Source: Candidatus Poribacteria bacterium
GTDB lineage: Bacteria > Poribacteria > WGA-4E > WGA-3G
Assembly (NCBI GenBank): GCA_963665235.2
Contig: CAXXLX010000002.1
Span: 608,001-672,000 of the forward strand
Direction: 5' to 3'
DNA length: 64,000 nucleotides
The position numbers and the translations under genes are program-made. Numbering within the stretch: position 1 is the first letter of the stretch; every line of letters starts with the position of its first letter. Below, one piece after another: positions 1 to 10,043 of this stretch. The notes beneath the pieces are model-generated. The model was not told where the DNA came from. It searched no databases and saw nothing but the letters and a program-made list of their open reading frames with translations.

Positions 1-919
1 CTTCTGCGACAAGGGTAGTGAGTGCGTAGGACGAAACGTCGTTGAAATCCTCGTTTTCTGTTACCTTGAGGTCGAAGAGCATCTTGTTGATGTCGCCGTT
101 ATCGGGAAGTACGCCAACGATCCAATCGTAATCGCCAACGCTGTCGCCTTCGGTCGCGCCATCTTTAGCGACCATTTCTTCGGTAACAGTGTCTTTACTG
201 GCAACTGCAAGGGAATCAATATTGGTAGAATTTTGTCCGCCTTGATTGACTTCGGTTGGGGCAATAACCCATAGCCACTCACCCGTAATATCCACTATGG
301 GAGGAGGTGGCGCTTTGTATACGGCGGTAACATCAGCCTCAATACCGACGTGCATACCCCATCCGCCGCCACGTTCGCTAACCTTGACAAGCAACAGATT
401 ATCGCCTTGGTTCAGATTAACTTGGAACGTGTCTTGCCACATGGAGCGTCCCCGGTTCGTTGCGTTGGTAAAAACGTTTTCACCGTTGAGCCAGACTTTG
501 ATGGAGTCATCACTCCCGGTTCGCATCGTAACATCATTCTGTGCTGACGCTGATACCAACGTAATGAGTGCGTAGGACGAAACGTCGTTGAAATCCTCGT
601 TTTCTGTTACCTTGAGGTCGAAGAGCATCTTGTTGATGTCGCCGTTCGAGGGTAATTCACCGAGGATCCACTTATAATCACCGACAGCGTCGCCTTCGTT
701 TGCACCATTTTTGGCGACTGCTTCTTCGGTGACAGCATTGTCGCTGGCAACTGCGAGCGAGTCAATATTGGTAGAATTTTGTCCGCCTTGGTTCGCTTCA
801 GTTGTCGCAATAACCCATAGCCACGGACCGAGAATCTGTTCTTGAGCATTAGCGGTGAGCGTCATAACTGAAAGGCTCATCAGAAGTGCTAATCCTATTA
901 CACATAATTTCCTGTACAT
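1..919 (-). CDS. Secreted tandem-domain protein (PA14/galactose-binding-like jelly-roll repeats), runs off the window edge; paralog of 1070..1750
   Basis: Not in ORF track. ATG at 919 with GGAGG RBS; reads MYRKLCVIGLALLMSLSVMTLTANAQEQILGPWLW...GSDDSIKVWLNG...; second domain copy at a 546-nt (182 aa) period with an ~80-nt identical block (19-100 vs 565-646). Confidence 0.85.
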   Translation of the reverse strand, partial: MYRKLCVIGLALLMSLSVMTLTANAQEQILGPWLWVIATTEANQGGQNSTNIDSLAVASDNAVTEEAVAKNGANEGDAVGDYKWILGELPSNGDINKMLFDLKVTENEDFNDVSSYALITLVSASAQNDVTMRTGSDDSIKVWLNGENVFTNATNRGRSMWQDTFQVNLNQGDNLLLVKVSERGGGWGMHVGIEADVTAVYKAPPPPIVDITGEWLWVIAPTEVNQGGQNSTNIDSLAVASKDTVTEEMVAKDGATEGDSVGDYDWIVGVLPDNGDINKMLFDLKVTENEDFNDVSSYALTTLVAE

Positions 920-1069
920 TAAAAACCTCCATAAAATAGAAAATAAGCGATAAAATTTAATGTCGTTCATCCTCACGCGTCAATTTCCGATTCAATTTTT
1001 AAGGATAAACAACTCTGTTTACAATTAGTTTTATAACCACAATTAAATAGTTAAAAGGAACTAGCAGAA

Positions 1070-1750
1070 TTAGTGCGCGTTCCTGATTTTCGCCCACTGC
1101 GTTGCCAATTTTCCAGCGGGTTCAACTGGGAGATACCGGTCAAAATTCACATGGTGGTCTACTGCTGCATCTACACCGACGTGCATGCCCCATCCGCCGC
1201 CACGTTCACTGACTTTCACCATCAACAGATTTTCCCCCTGTTTCAGGTCAATTTTGAACGTGTCTTGGTATTGTGCGCGTCCACGGTTTGTTGCATTGGT
1301 AAAAACGTCTTCACCATTGAGCCAGACTTTGATGGAGTCATCGCTCCCGGTTCGCATCGTGACACCCTCCTGCTTTTTAGCAGATTTCAGCATGATAAGG
1401 GCATAGGACGTAATATCATTCATATCCTCACCTGCTACCATGCGCGCATCAAAGAGCATTTTGTTAATGTCACCATTGGCCGGGAGTGTGGCTTCGGTCC
1501 ACTCATAATTACCGACAGCATCCCCCTCTTTCGCGCCATTTTGTGATACTTTATCCTCGGTAACCTTATTGTCGCTGGCAACTGCAAGTGAGTCAATATT
1601 GGTTGAATTCTGACCGCCTTGGTTAGGTTCGGTTGGGGCAACCATCCAGAGCCACGGACCGAGAATCTGTTCTTGAGCATCAGCGGTAAGTGTCATAACT
1701 GAAAGACACATCAGAGATGCCAATGCCATCAGACATAATTTTTTGTACAT
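1070..1750 (-). CDS. Secreted single-domain PA14/jelly-roll-like protein with C-terminal PVEPAGKLATQWAKIR tail
   Basis: Start MYKKLCL after AAAGGAGG RBS; signal peptide (ADA|QEQ); GSDDSIKVWLNG and GENLLMVKVSERGGGWG motifs. Confidence 0.85.
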   Translation of the reverse strand: MYKKLCLMALASLMCLSVMTLTADAQEQILGPWLWMVAPTEPNQGGQNSTNIDSLAVASDNKVTEDKVSQNGAKEGDAVGNYEWTEATLPANGDINKMLFDARMVAGEDMNDITSYALIMLKSAKKQEGVTMRTGSDDSIKVWLNGEDVFTNATNRGRAQYQDTFKIDLKQGENLLMVKVSERGGGWGMHVGVDAAVDHHVNFDRYLPVEPAGKLATQWAKIRNAH

Positions 1751-2257
1751 AAAAATAAAACCTCCTTTGAAATAATAAAATAAGAATGATGCAGATCGCC
1801 CCCCAATACTGCAACAACAAAAGCCCACGACGCAACACTCCGTGCAAAACGAAGGGCGCGCGGGCGCGAAATATCACAGGTTGTAAATCCTGCAATACGC
1901 TGTAAAATAATTAACGGATAAGAAAATTTAATAAGGGGGGGGTTTAACAGAAAGCTAAAAACAAAACCGGCAGGCAGTGTGCAAGCACGATTCCCCGCAT
2001 ATCGGGGATGCCTGGTACTCTTATTTATGGATAGTGATTTCGTTCGTAGGTCTTGCATTATCAAATCCTAAGTTGTTTCTGAAGAGCTCGGTCTGTTTTT
2101 ACAAGTTGACGCAATATCTTTGCATTCTCCGATCCGTTGTTCCGCGTGTTTTACCTTGTTCTGATACCGTGGATAACAGCCAAATTCGAAAACAACAAGA
2201 AAACAGGTTCCACCGATGAACCATTTATCGAATGCGATATCGCGAATTACATTTTTA

Positions 2258-2346
2258 ATTTTACAAAAATTATTAAAAAAAGTCAAGCTGTTTTTCAAAA
2301 AAATTAATCTGTAAATTATTATATCAAAATTTCAAAAAAAAGTCAA
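2258..2346 (-). promoter_or_regulatory. Two tandem sigma70 promoters, 60 bp apart
   Basis: TTGACT-17-TAAAAT (2286-2258) and TTGACT-17-TATAAT (2346-2318), about 500-570 nt upstream of the 1750 start. Confidence 0.75.
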
Positions 2347-2387
2347 GCTTAACAGTCATCAAAGGGTGTGTCTTAACGGTCATCAAA

Positions 2388-2857
2388 GGGTGTGTAAAGT
2401 TTTTGTACTATGATAGAGGGAAGGATGGAAGATTGGAAGATTGGAAGGGGGGAAGGATGGATTTCGCGCGTGTGTTGTCTGAATTGCGGATTTATCGGAT
2501 TTATCGGATTTTAAGATGCGTAACAATAGAAGGTTTGTGATTATGAGCTAGTGTGTTGTGTTTTCTATAAAGATACCGCCCCGCTGGGGCTAGATTGTCT
2601 GGCGTTCACATTAAACATGTCGCCCCGATACGCCTAGTCCCGTAGGGACGATATATTTATAGAAGCAGATGTTTCCCCAACCCCTAGTCCCGTAGGGACG
2701 ATATATTTATAGAGAAAACGGACATTTATTTTCAAACTCACGTTTAAGTACAAAAATTTTACACACCCTTTCACATGCAGCACCGAGAACCAAATGTTAC
2801 ACTTTGTGTCAAAAGTGTAACATTTACACCTGTTTTGTACAAAAACTTTACGCACCC
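2388..2857. mobile_element. MITE (470 bp) with 21-bp TIRs and 9-bp target duplication, IS256-like geometry
   Basis: GGGTGTGTAAAGTTTTTGTAC at 2388 / GTACAAAAACTTTACGCACCC ending 2857; GTCATCAAA repeated directly on both sides; extra internal right TIR at ~2748-2768. Confidence 0.8.
2565..2712. repeat. REP-like palindromic repeats inside the MITE
   Basis: CCTAGTCCCGTAGGGACGATATATTTATAG twice in tandem, plus an opposite-orientation relative CTATAAAGATACCGCCCCGCTGGGGCT; related copy at ~52266-52292. Confidence 0.7.
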
Positions 2858-3067
2858 GTCATCAAATTTTTCGGCTGGGAATTGCCTATAGATTTCATTT
2901 TGGCAATTGGCAATTAGCGATTAGCAATTGGCAAGAGTTTTTGAAGGGCAACAGGTTTCTGAAGCGCGTCAGAGTTTTCCTTCTCTTGCTAATGGTTTCC
3001 AACGGTTTCCATAATGCTATAACCATATCGCCCATACTGGGTTAAGAGAGGTGGCGTTGTGTGGTTT

Positions 3068-3427
3068 TTAGCGGTCATCGAATTTTTCGGCTGGGAATTG
3101 CTTGTAGATTTCATTAAAGTTCCAAATAGAGTTGAGTACAACGATAATGTATAAGACAAAAAGCACGCCAAGGATAATACAACCGATGATGGCATAAAGG
3201 AGTTGGACCCTTCGGGTTTTTGCTCTATATGCATCGGTGTAAAATGCAATGTATTCCTGCGATTTCTCAAGGAACCGTGATGCCGCTGGTGCCGGTTGAT
3301 AGATGTAAGCGAGGAGAATTCCGACTACGTTTAGTGCTAAGCCGACTGCGACCCAGACAATTTTGTTGGTGTCAGCGTTGGCATCATCCTCGGCGGTTGC
3401 TTCGATGTGGGCTCGATTTTCATGCAT
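3068..3427 (-). CDS. Small membrane protein (2 TM)
   Basis: 119-aa ORF with two hydrophobic helices, co-oriented downstream of the oxidoreductase. Confidence 0.7.
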   Translation of the reverse strand: MHENRAHIEATAEDDANADTNKIVWVAVGLALNVVGILLAYIYQPAPAASRFLEKSQEYIAFYTDAYRAKTRRVQLLYAIIGCIILGVLFVLYIIVVLNSIWNFNEIYKQFPAEKFDDR

Positions 3428-3446
3428 GTTTTTACCCTGAATTCCT

Positions 3447-4496
3447 TCATGGAATTTCTATTGCGCGGCGTTCTATTGTTGCCCTCCGTGCGGCTTCAAT
3501 GATGGATAGGTTATGGTATGCCTTCTCTGGCCCAATTGGCAGTGGTGCGTTTTCGGCGAGGGCGTTGAAGGTTGCGTTGAAGTAGCCGACATGCCCACTA
3601 GCGTCGTTCCGGTCCGCTCCGTCAAGGTTTGGGAGTTCGACCTGTTTCCATCCATCAGTTCTGGAGAATCGGCGGAGTGCGTCCTGGACGTTTTGTCGGT
3701 GTCGGACACGTAAGGAGCCGTTTTGAGCGTGGACTTCGCACCAGCCGAAATCCGTGGCGGGGACGCACCATGCTCCGGAGATGGTAGTAATCCCCCCGCT
3801 TTCATGTTCGCATAGCAGCATGGCGATGTCGTCAACATCGATGTTAAAAGCCATGGTTTGGACACGCGCTTCAACATAACGGACCGGGGATTTCATTAAT
3901 TCAGTGACGGAGTAGATTTCATGGTAGCTGGTGTCGATGATACAGCCGCCGCCTTTCGCCTTACTTGCACGCCATGCAAATGCAGGGGTCGGATGGTCAG
4001 CGGAGAAATCTGTAGGTTTCAATCCCATGCCTGTGCTTCGTCCGAAATAGGGGGTGTCGAGCTGGGCAACTTCTGCTATCGCTGCTTGCATGCCAGCGGT
4101 GAAGAGGTAATTATGTACCACTGTGTAGGGAACGCCGCTTCGCTGGACTGCCTCTAGGATTTTGTCCGCTTCGGCTAATGTGGTCGCCATCGGTTTTTCG
4201 GATATAATTGCTACGGCTGCATTTGCGGCTTCAATGACCTGCTCGGCATGAAGTGAATGCGGTGTAGCAATTGTTACAGCGTCGATGTCGGCATTTGCTA
4301 ACATGTTTCGATAGTCTGTGTATCGGTTTTCGGCGTGGACATTAAATTGGTCGCCAACCTTTTGCAGGTTTTCTGGGACGACATCCGCAAGTGCGGTAAC
4401 GTTGACGGTATCTGTTAGGGCGTTGTATGCTCGGGCATGCGTATTTTGGACGATGCCGCCGCAGCCAATTAGTCCTAAACGAATTGGTTTTTGCAT
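3447..4496 (-). CDS. Gfo/Idh/MocA family oxidoreductase
   Basis: GLIGCGGI Rossmann motif, ATPHSLH, SEKPMA; start MQKPIR after AGGAG. Confidence 0.92.
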   Translation of the reverse strand: MQKPIRLGLIGCGGIVQNTHARAYNALTDTVNVTALADVVPENLQKVGDQFNVHAENRYTDYRNMLANADIDAVTIATPHSLHAEQVIEAANAAVAIISEKPMATTLAEADKILEAVQRSGVPYTVVHNYLFTAGMQAAIAEVAQLDTPYFGRSTGMGLKPTDFSADHPTPAFAWRASKAKGGGCIIDTSYHEIYSVTELMKSPVRYVEARVQTMAFNIDVDDIAMLLCEHESGGITTISGAWCVPATDFGWCEVHAQNGSLRVRHRQNVQDALRRFSRTDGWKQVELPNLDGADRNDASGHVGYFNATFNALAENAPLPIGPEKAYHNLSIIEAARRATIERRAIEIP

Positions 4497-4616
4497 TGTT
4501 TTTCTCCTTTTTGTATAGTTTATCATATTTTGCGTTTGTGTCCAATATTTTTGTGACACCTACTTTGCGAAATGTGGTATAATGCTTTTGTATATCTTTA
4601 TTCAGGAAGGTGGAAT

Positions 4617-6119
4617 ATGAGTCAAGAAGAGAAAAAAGATGTTGAAGAGAGTCCGTCTGATGCCGAAGAAGATAATTCTATTCCTGAGGATGATCTCTCT
4701 GTTACGCACCACAGTGTTACGATTAATGGCGAGGAATTGCGTTATACGGCAACAGCGGGAACGCTTGTTTTGAAGGCGGAGGTTGACAAAGAGGGTGAAA
4801 AACCGAAAGCCTCTGTTTTCTTCATCGCCTATACTCTGGATGATGTGGAGGATGTATCCGAGCGTCCGGTAACGTTTTCCTTTAACGGCGGGCCGGGGTC
4901 GTCTTCGGTTTGGTTGCATTTGGGGGTTTTGGGGCCGCGTCGTGTGAAGCCGGATGTGGATGGTGAGCCGCCGCAGCCGCCATATCAACTAACAAATAAC
5001 GAGTTTTCTATTTTAGACAAAACCGATTTGGTCTTCATTGACCCTGTCAGTACAGGGTTTAGTCGGGCGGTTCCAGGTGAAGAAGCAAAGCAGTTTCACG
5101 GTTTCAATCAGGATATTGAGTCGGTCGGAAATTTTATTTTGCTTTACTTAGGCCGTTATAAACGGTGGGGGTCGCCGAAATTTCTTATCGGGGAAAGCTA
5201 TGGAACAACACGTGCTGGTGGTTTGTCAGGTTATCTTCAGGAGCGGCATGGGACATATCTAAACGGTATCATGCTGGTTTCGGTTGTGCTTAACTTTCAG
5301 ACCATCCGATTTGCACCGGGGAACGATTTACCGTATATCCTCTATCTGCCTACCTATACGGCAACGGCACTCTATCACGAGCGGTTGGAGGTGGGGGACG
5401 TGTCTGAATCTAATGCCACTTTTCAGACGCTTTTGGAGGAAGCGAGAACGTTCGCTTTGGGGGAATACACGGTTGCCCTGATGCAAGGGGCAGCAATTCC
5501 GCCCGATAAACGGACTGATATCATTGAGAAGCTAGCGACGTACACGGGATTGTCGACGGATTACATTACCCGGACAGATTTGCGTATAAAAATCGGTCGG
5601 TTTTGCAAAGAGCTGCTCCGAGATGAAAGTCTAACGGTTGGGCGTTTTGATAGTCGTTTTACCGGAATTGACCGTGATTCGGCAGGTGAAACGTATGAAT
5701 ATGATCCGAGCTCTGCTGTCATTCAGGGGGCATATACGGCTACACTGAACGATTATGTCCGGGGCGACCTCGGCTTTGAAAGCGATTTGCCTTATGAAAT
5801 TCTGAGCCGCCGTGTACATCCGTGGGATTATAGCAGTCATCAAAACGAGTATGTGAATGTGGCAGATACGCTTCGGAAGGCGATGACGATGAACCCTTCA
5901 TTGAAAGTTTTCGTTGCTAGCGGGTACTACGATTTAGCAACGCCATTCTTGGCGACTGAGTATACGTTCACGCACCTTGGGCTGGATGAATCCTTGCAGG
6001 ATAACATCACGATGGCTTACTATCAAGCTGGGCACATGATGTATATTGATATGGATGAGTTGGCGAAAATGAAAGCGGATTTGGATGCCTTCCTTGACGA
6101 CGCGCTTGCCGAGACCTAA
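4617..6119 (+). CDS. Serine carboxypeptidase, peptidase S10 family
   Basis: FNGGPGSSS, DPVSTGFS, GESYG nucleophile, AGHMMY. Confidence 0.93.
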   Translation: MSQEEKKDVEESPSDAEEDNSIPEDDLSVTHHSVTINGEELRYTATAGTLVLKAEVDKEGEKPKASVFFIAYTLDDVEDVSERPVTFSFNGGPGSSSVWLHLGVLGPRRVKPDVDGEPPQPPYQLTNNEFSILDKTDLVFIDPVSTGFSRAVPGEEAKQFHGFNQDIESVGNFILLYLGRYKRWGSPKFLIGESYGTTRAGGLSGYLQERHGTYLNGIMLVSVVLNFQTIRFAPGNDLPYILYLPTYTATALYHERLEVGDVSESNATFQTLLEEARTFALGEYTVALMQGAAIPPDKRTDIIEKLATYTGLSTDYITRTDLRIKIGRFCKELLRDESLTVGRFDSRFTGIDRDSAGETYEYDPSSAVIQGAYTATLNDYVRGDLGFESDLPYEILSRRVHPWDYSSHQNEYVNVADTLRKAMTMNPSLKVFVASGYYDLATPFLATEYTFTHLGLDESLQDNITMAYYQAGHMMYIDMDELAKMKADLDAFLDDALAET

Positions 6120-6122
6120 GTT

Positions 6123-7169
6123 ATGAGCTATCAGAGAGCGTTTGAAAACAGATTGGACGTAGCGGTCGTCGGTGTGGGGACTCACGGTTATCGGAACGTG
6201 TTACCGACTTTGACGTTTCTCCCGATTCGGCTAAAAGCGATTTGTGATGTGGATATTGACCGCGCACGAAGGACAGCTGCGCAGTACGGTGTTGAAAGGT
6301 GTTATGAAAACCTTTCGGACATGTTTCAGAACGAGGGATTAGATGCGATATTCCTCTGTGTTCCGCCGCGTTTACACCCAGAGCTGACGTGTGAGGCGTT
6401 GGATGCGGGGGTGCATGTGTGGTTGGAAAAACCGCCCGGCATGTTCGCGAGTGAGGTAGAAGAGATGATTCGTCACCGCGGGGACCGGGTTGTGGTTGTC
6501 GGGTTCAAAAAGGCGTTCATGCCCGCTACTCGGAAGGTGATTGAAATTTTTGACACTGCGGAATATGGCCCCCTTCGGACGTTGTTAGCGGTTTATCCGA
6601 TGACTATTCCAGCAGATGGCGACCGTGTGCTTCGTGAAGGGGTGCATACGAACTGGCTTCAAAACGGGTGTCATCCGTTGTCACTTTTGTTGGCAGTTGG
6701 GGGGAAGGTATCGGCTGTCACTGTACATCGGGGTGCCCACGGGGGTGGTGTGTGCGTTTTGGAATTTGCTAGCGGTGCGCTAGGAAATTTCCATCTGGCG
6801 GATGGTGCACGGCACGGACAGCCCTCGGAACTCTATCAATTTTTCGGTGATGGGTGCCATGTTGAAATTCGGAACGGTACGCGCGTGTTGTTACAACGCG
6901 GTATCCCCTTTGATTACAGCGGGAGCACAAGTTTTGTTCCTGAAGGTTTTGATGGAGGGGCTCTGGTATGGGAGCCGCAAAATAGTCTCGGCACGCTTGA
7001 AAATAAAGGACTTTTCGTCCAAGGTTTCTATCAGGAGATGCGATATTTTTGCGACTGTATTCTTTCAGGGACACCTGCTGAACAGGGGTCGCTTGAGTTT
7101 GCGTTAGAGGTTATGAAGGTCTATGAAGCGGGGTTACGTTCAGCGGGGGAGACCGTTGCGGTTTCGTAG
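6123..7169 (+). CDS. Gfo/Idh/MocA family oxidoreductase
   Basis: [17 protein letters not shown] motifs. Confidence 0.9.
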   Translation: MSYQRAFENRLDVAVVGVGTHGYRNVLPTLTFLPIRLKAICDVDIDRARRTAAQYGVERCYENLSDMFQNEGLDAIFLCVPPRLHPELTCEALDAGVHVWLEKPPGMFASEVEEMIRHRGDRVVVVGFKKAFMPATRKVIEIFDTAEYGPLRTLLAVYPMTIPADGDRVLREGVHTNWLQNGCHPLSLLLAVGGKVSAVTVHRGAHGGGVCVLEFASGALGNFHLADGARHGQPSELYQFFGDGCHVEIRNGTRVLLQRGIPFDYSGSTSFVPEGFDGGALVWEPQNSLGTLENKGLFVQGFYQEMRYFCDCILSGTPAEQGSLEFALEVMKVYEAGLRSAGETVAVS

Positions 7170-7204
7170 GATAATTGCTGCTTTGGAACGTTTTTGGAGG
7201 AAGC

Positions 7205-8930
7205 ATGCTAACGAAATTGATTTGTCGTAATTTCAAAAACCTTGACGATGTTGAGATTGAATTAGGGAATCCTGTTGTTTTTATCGGTCCAAATAATTCC
7301 GGCAAAACGAATGCGTTGCAAGCATTGACTTTGTGGGAAATAGGGCTCAAACGTTGGAACGAGAACCGTAAAGGAAAAGCAAATCCGGAAAAACGGTTTG
7401 GTGTTGCTATTAACCGACGTGACCTTGTCTCTGTTCTCGTGCCAAATGCGCGATTGCTGTGGCATAATTTGAAAGTCCGTGATGCTAAAATAGTCGATGG
7501 GAAGCAACAGACAAAAAACATCCGGATAGATATAACCGTAGAAGGTGTTACTAGGGGCAAAAACTGGAAATGTGGATTTGAATTCGATTATGCTAATCAG
7601 GAATCCTTTTACTGCCGTCCGCTGAGAATATCGGAAGTGGATGGGAAGGTCTCCGAACGGATGCTAATACCTGAGGTGGCTGATGACCTCTCAGTCGCTT
7701 TTCTGCCGCCGATGTCCGGGCTTGCGTCTAATGAAATACGTCTTGAGCCCGGGGCCGTTAATGTAAGGATTGGAGAGGGGCGGACAGCAGAGGTCTTGCG
7801 TAATTTATGCTATCAGGTGTTTGAGGATACTCAAAAATGGGAAAGGCTTTGTGAGCACATTCAGGACCTATTTGGTGTGAGCCTTGATATACCGGAGTAC
7901 ATCGCTGAACGTGGGGAGATTACGATGCAATATCGGGATGAGTTCGGGACCACTTTGGATCTCTCGTCATCTGGGCGTGGGTTGCAACAGACGCTTCTGC
8001 TACTTGCCTATATCTCCGCGCACCCCGGTTCTGTGCTTCTGCTTGATGAGCCGGATGCCCATCTTGAAATTCTTCGGCAACGGCAGATTTACCGGGTGTT
8101 GACAGAATTAGCAGAGGAGCACAAGTGTCAAATTGTTGCTGCGAGTCATTCCGAAGTTATCCTGAATGAGGCGGCTGAGCAGGGGGTTGTCATCGCCTTT
8201 CTCGGAAAACCGCATCGAATTGACGACCGTGGTAGTCAACTATTGAAATCGCTTCGAACAATTGGTTTTGAGCATTACTATCAGGCACAGCAGCGGGGTT
8301 GGGTGCTTTATCTTGAAGGTTCCACCGATTTGACAATCTTGCAGGCGTTTGCAGCGAAACTTGAGCACCCGGTCCAAGCTGTATTGGAATCACCTTATGT
8401 CCATTACGTGGGCAACCAACTGTCAGAGGCCCAGAGGCACTTTTACGGTTTGCGTGAGGCAAATCCGGATTTGGTTGGTTTCAGTCTCTTCGATCGGATT
8501 TCTGAAAACCTCCACACGCGTCCTGAATTAACAGAGTACGTGTGGAAGCGTCGGGAAATTGAGAATTACATTGTCCTTGACAAGCAGGTGTTAATTGATT
8601 GGGCACGCGGTGAAGCAGCAGAGCATGTTGGTCGGTCTCTGTTCTTCAGAACGTTGTGTGTCTGTAATGGAAAAAACGATTACGGAGATAGAACGTGCCT
8701 TGGCAACGCTTGGTAAGGGCTCGCCGTGGTCGATTGATACAAAAGTGTCTGACGATTTTCTGGACCCGCTTTTTGAAGCTTTTTTTGAAAAATTAGAGAT
8801 GCCAAATCTGATGCAAAAAACGAATTATCATACCCTTGTCAAATATGTGCCAGCAGAGCAAATTGACCCAGAGGTTACGGAAGTGCTTGATGGCATTTTG
8901 GATGTTGCCAGTAGGGCGGTGCCGCTGTAA
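7205..8930 (+). pseudogene. OLD-family-like ABC ATPase + TOPRIM nuclease with a +1 frameshift near 8645 (or a sequencing error)
   Basis: Walker A GPNNSGKT, LSSSGRGLQQ, LLLDEPDAHL, ASHS, TOPRIM YLEGSTD...RREIENY; removing one base at CTGTTCTTCAGAA joins 7205..8716 to 8595..8930. Confidence 0.75.
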
Positions 8931-8944
8931 ATGCGGAGGAAAAT

Positions 8945-9967
8945 ATGGAATACAGAAGGTTAGGACGTAGTGGTCTGAAGGTCTCCGAAATCTGTTTAGG
9001 GACGATGACATTTGGTCACGGGGCGGATGCGGCGGAATCGGAGCGGATGGTGCATCTTGCGTGGGATGCGGGTGTGAACTTTTTCGATACCGCGAATTCT
9101 TATGGCGATGGGGAGTCGGAGGTATTGCTTGGCAAAGCACTCAAGGGCCGGCGGCGTGATGCTATCGTAGCGACTAAGTTTTTCAATCCGATGGGGCGCA
9201 GTCCGAACGATTCAGGGATGTCACGAGTGCATATCATGCAGGCGATTGATGACAGTCTGAAACGTTTGCAGATGGATTACGTGGATGTCTATTACATTCA
9301 CCATGTAGATACGCAGACACCGTTGGAGGAGATGCTCCGGGCATTGGACGATTTGGTGCGTCAGGGCAAGGTGCGCTATACGGCGTGTAGCAACTATCAG
9401 GCGTGGCGATTATCCGAGGCGTTGTGGCTTAGCGATTCGCTTAATTTAGCGCGGTTTGTGTGTTATCAACCGCAATATAGTCTCGTTGTTCGGGACATAG
9501 AGCAGGAGTTGGTGCCGCTGTGTGAGCACAAAGGTTTGGGAATTGTTGTGTGGAGTCCATTAGCCGGTGGATTTCTCTCTGGTAAGTATAAACCTGGGGA
9601 GCGTACGCAGGTAGGTGCACGTTCGTCGGAGGGTTGGGCTTTTCCACACCGTTATTTTGCGGCAAATGCGGATGAATCGCTGCAAGTGCTTTTAGCGGTT
9701 TCGGATGAGTTGGGATATAGTCCGGCGCAGGTCGCGCTTCGGTGGGTGCTTGAGCAACGGGCGATGACATCGGTGATTGTCGGGGCACGGCATGCGGTCC
9801 ACTTAGAAGATAATCTTGGTGCAGCGGGGTGGCGATTGTCGGGGGAGGCACTGCAACGTCTAAACGAGGTTTCACATCTACCTGACCGTTATCCGGAGTC
9901 GATGGAGAAGAATATGCATGAACGTAGGGAGCGTGCAGTTGAGATGCCGCTTCGGTTATCTAGATAA
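8945..9967 (+). CDS. Aldo/keto reductase
   Basis: LGRSGLKVSEICLGTMTFG, FDTANSY, ATK, WSPLAGG. Confidence 0.95.
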   Translation: MEYRRLGRSGLKVSEICLGTMTFGHGADAAESERMVHLAWDAGVNFFDTANSYGDGESEVLLGKALKGRRRDAIVATKFFNPMGRSPNDSGMSRVHIMQAIDDSLKRLQMDYVDVYYIHHVDTQTPLEEMLRALDDLVRQGKVRYTACSNYQAWRLSEALWLSDSLNLARFVCYQPQYSLVVRDIEQELVPLCEHKGLGIVVWSPLAGGFLSGKYKPGERTQVGARSSEGWAFPHRYFAANADESLQVLLAVSDELGYSPAQVALRWVLEQRAMTSVIVGARHAVHLEDNLGAAGWRLSGEALQRLNEVSHLPDRYPESMEKNMHERRERAVEMPLRLSR

Positions 9968-10043
9968 ATCAAAAAGTGGTGGAGAGAGCAGAACAGTTAA
10001 TTTCTCTGCCTTGCAAGTAGACAGAATAAAAAGAGGTATTACT

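Noticed and set aside
19-646. Near-identical repeats as a DGR template/variable pair (also 2858-2899 vs 3075-3116)
   Set aside because: No reverse transcriptase in the window and the differences are not adenine-specific; explained by duplication
2203-2218. GGTGGAACC as a T-box motif
   Set aside because: Lies at the 5' end of the leader with no Stem I or adjacent terminator, and the downstream gene is not amino-acid related
2418-2512. GGAAGATT 8-mer and CGGATTTAT 9-mer tracts (relatives at ~19233-19270) as a functional array
   Set aside because: Short degenerate simple repeats inside mobile-element debris; no associated gene
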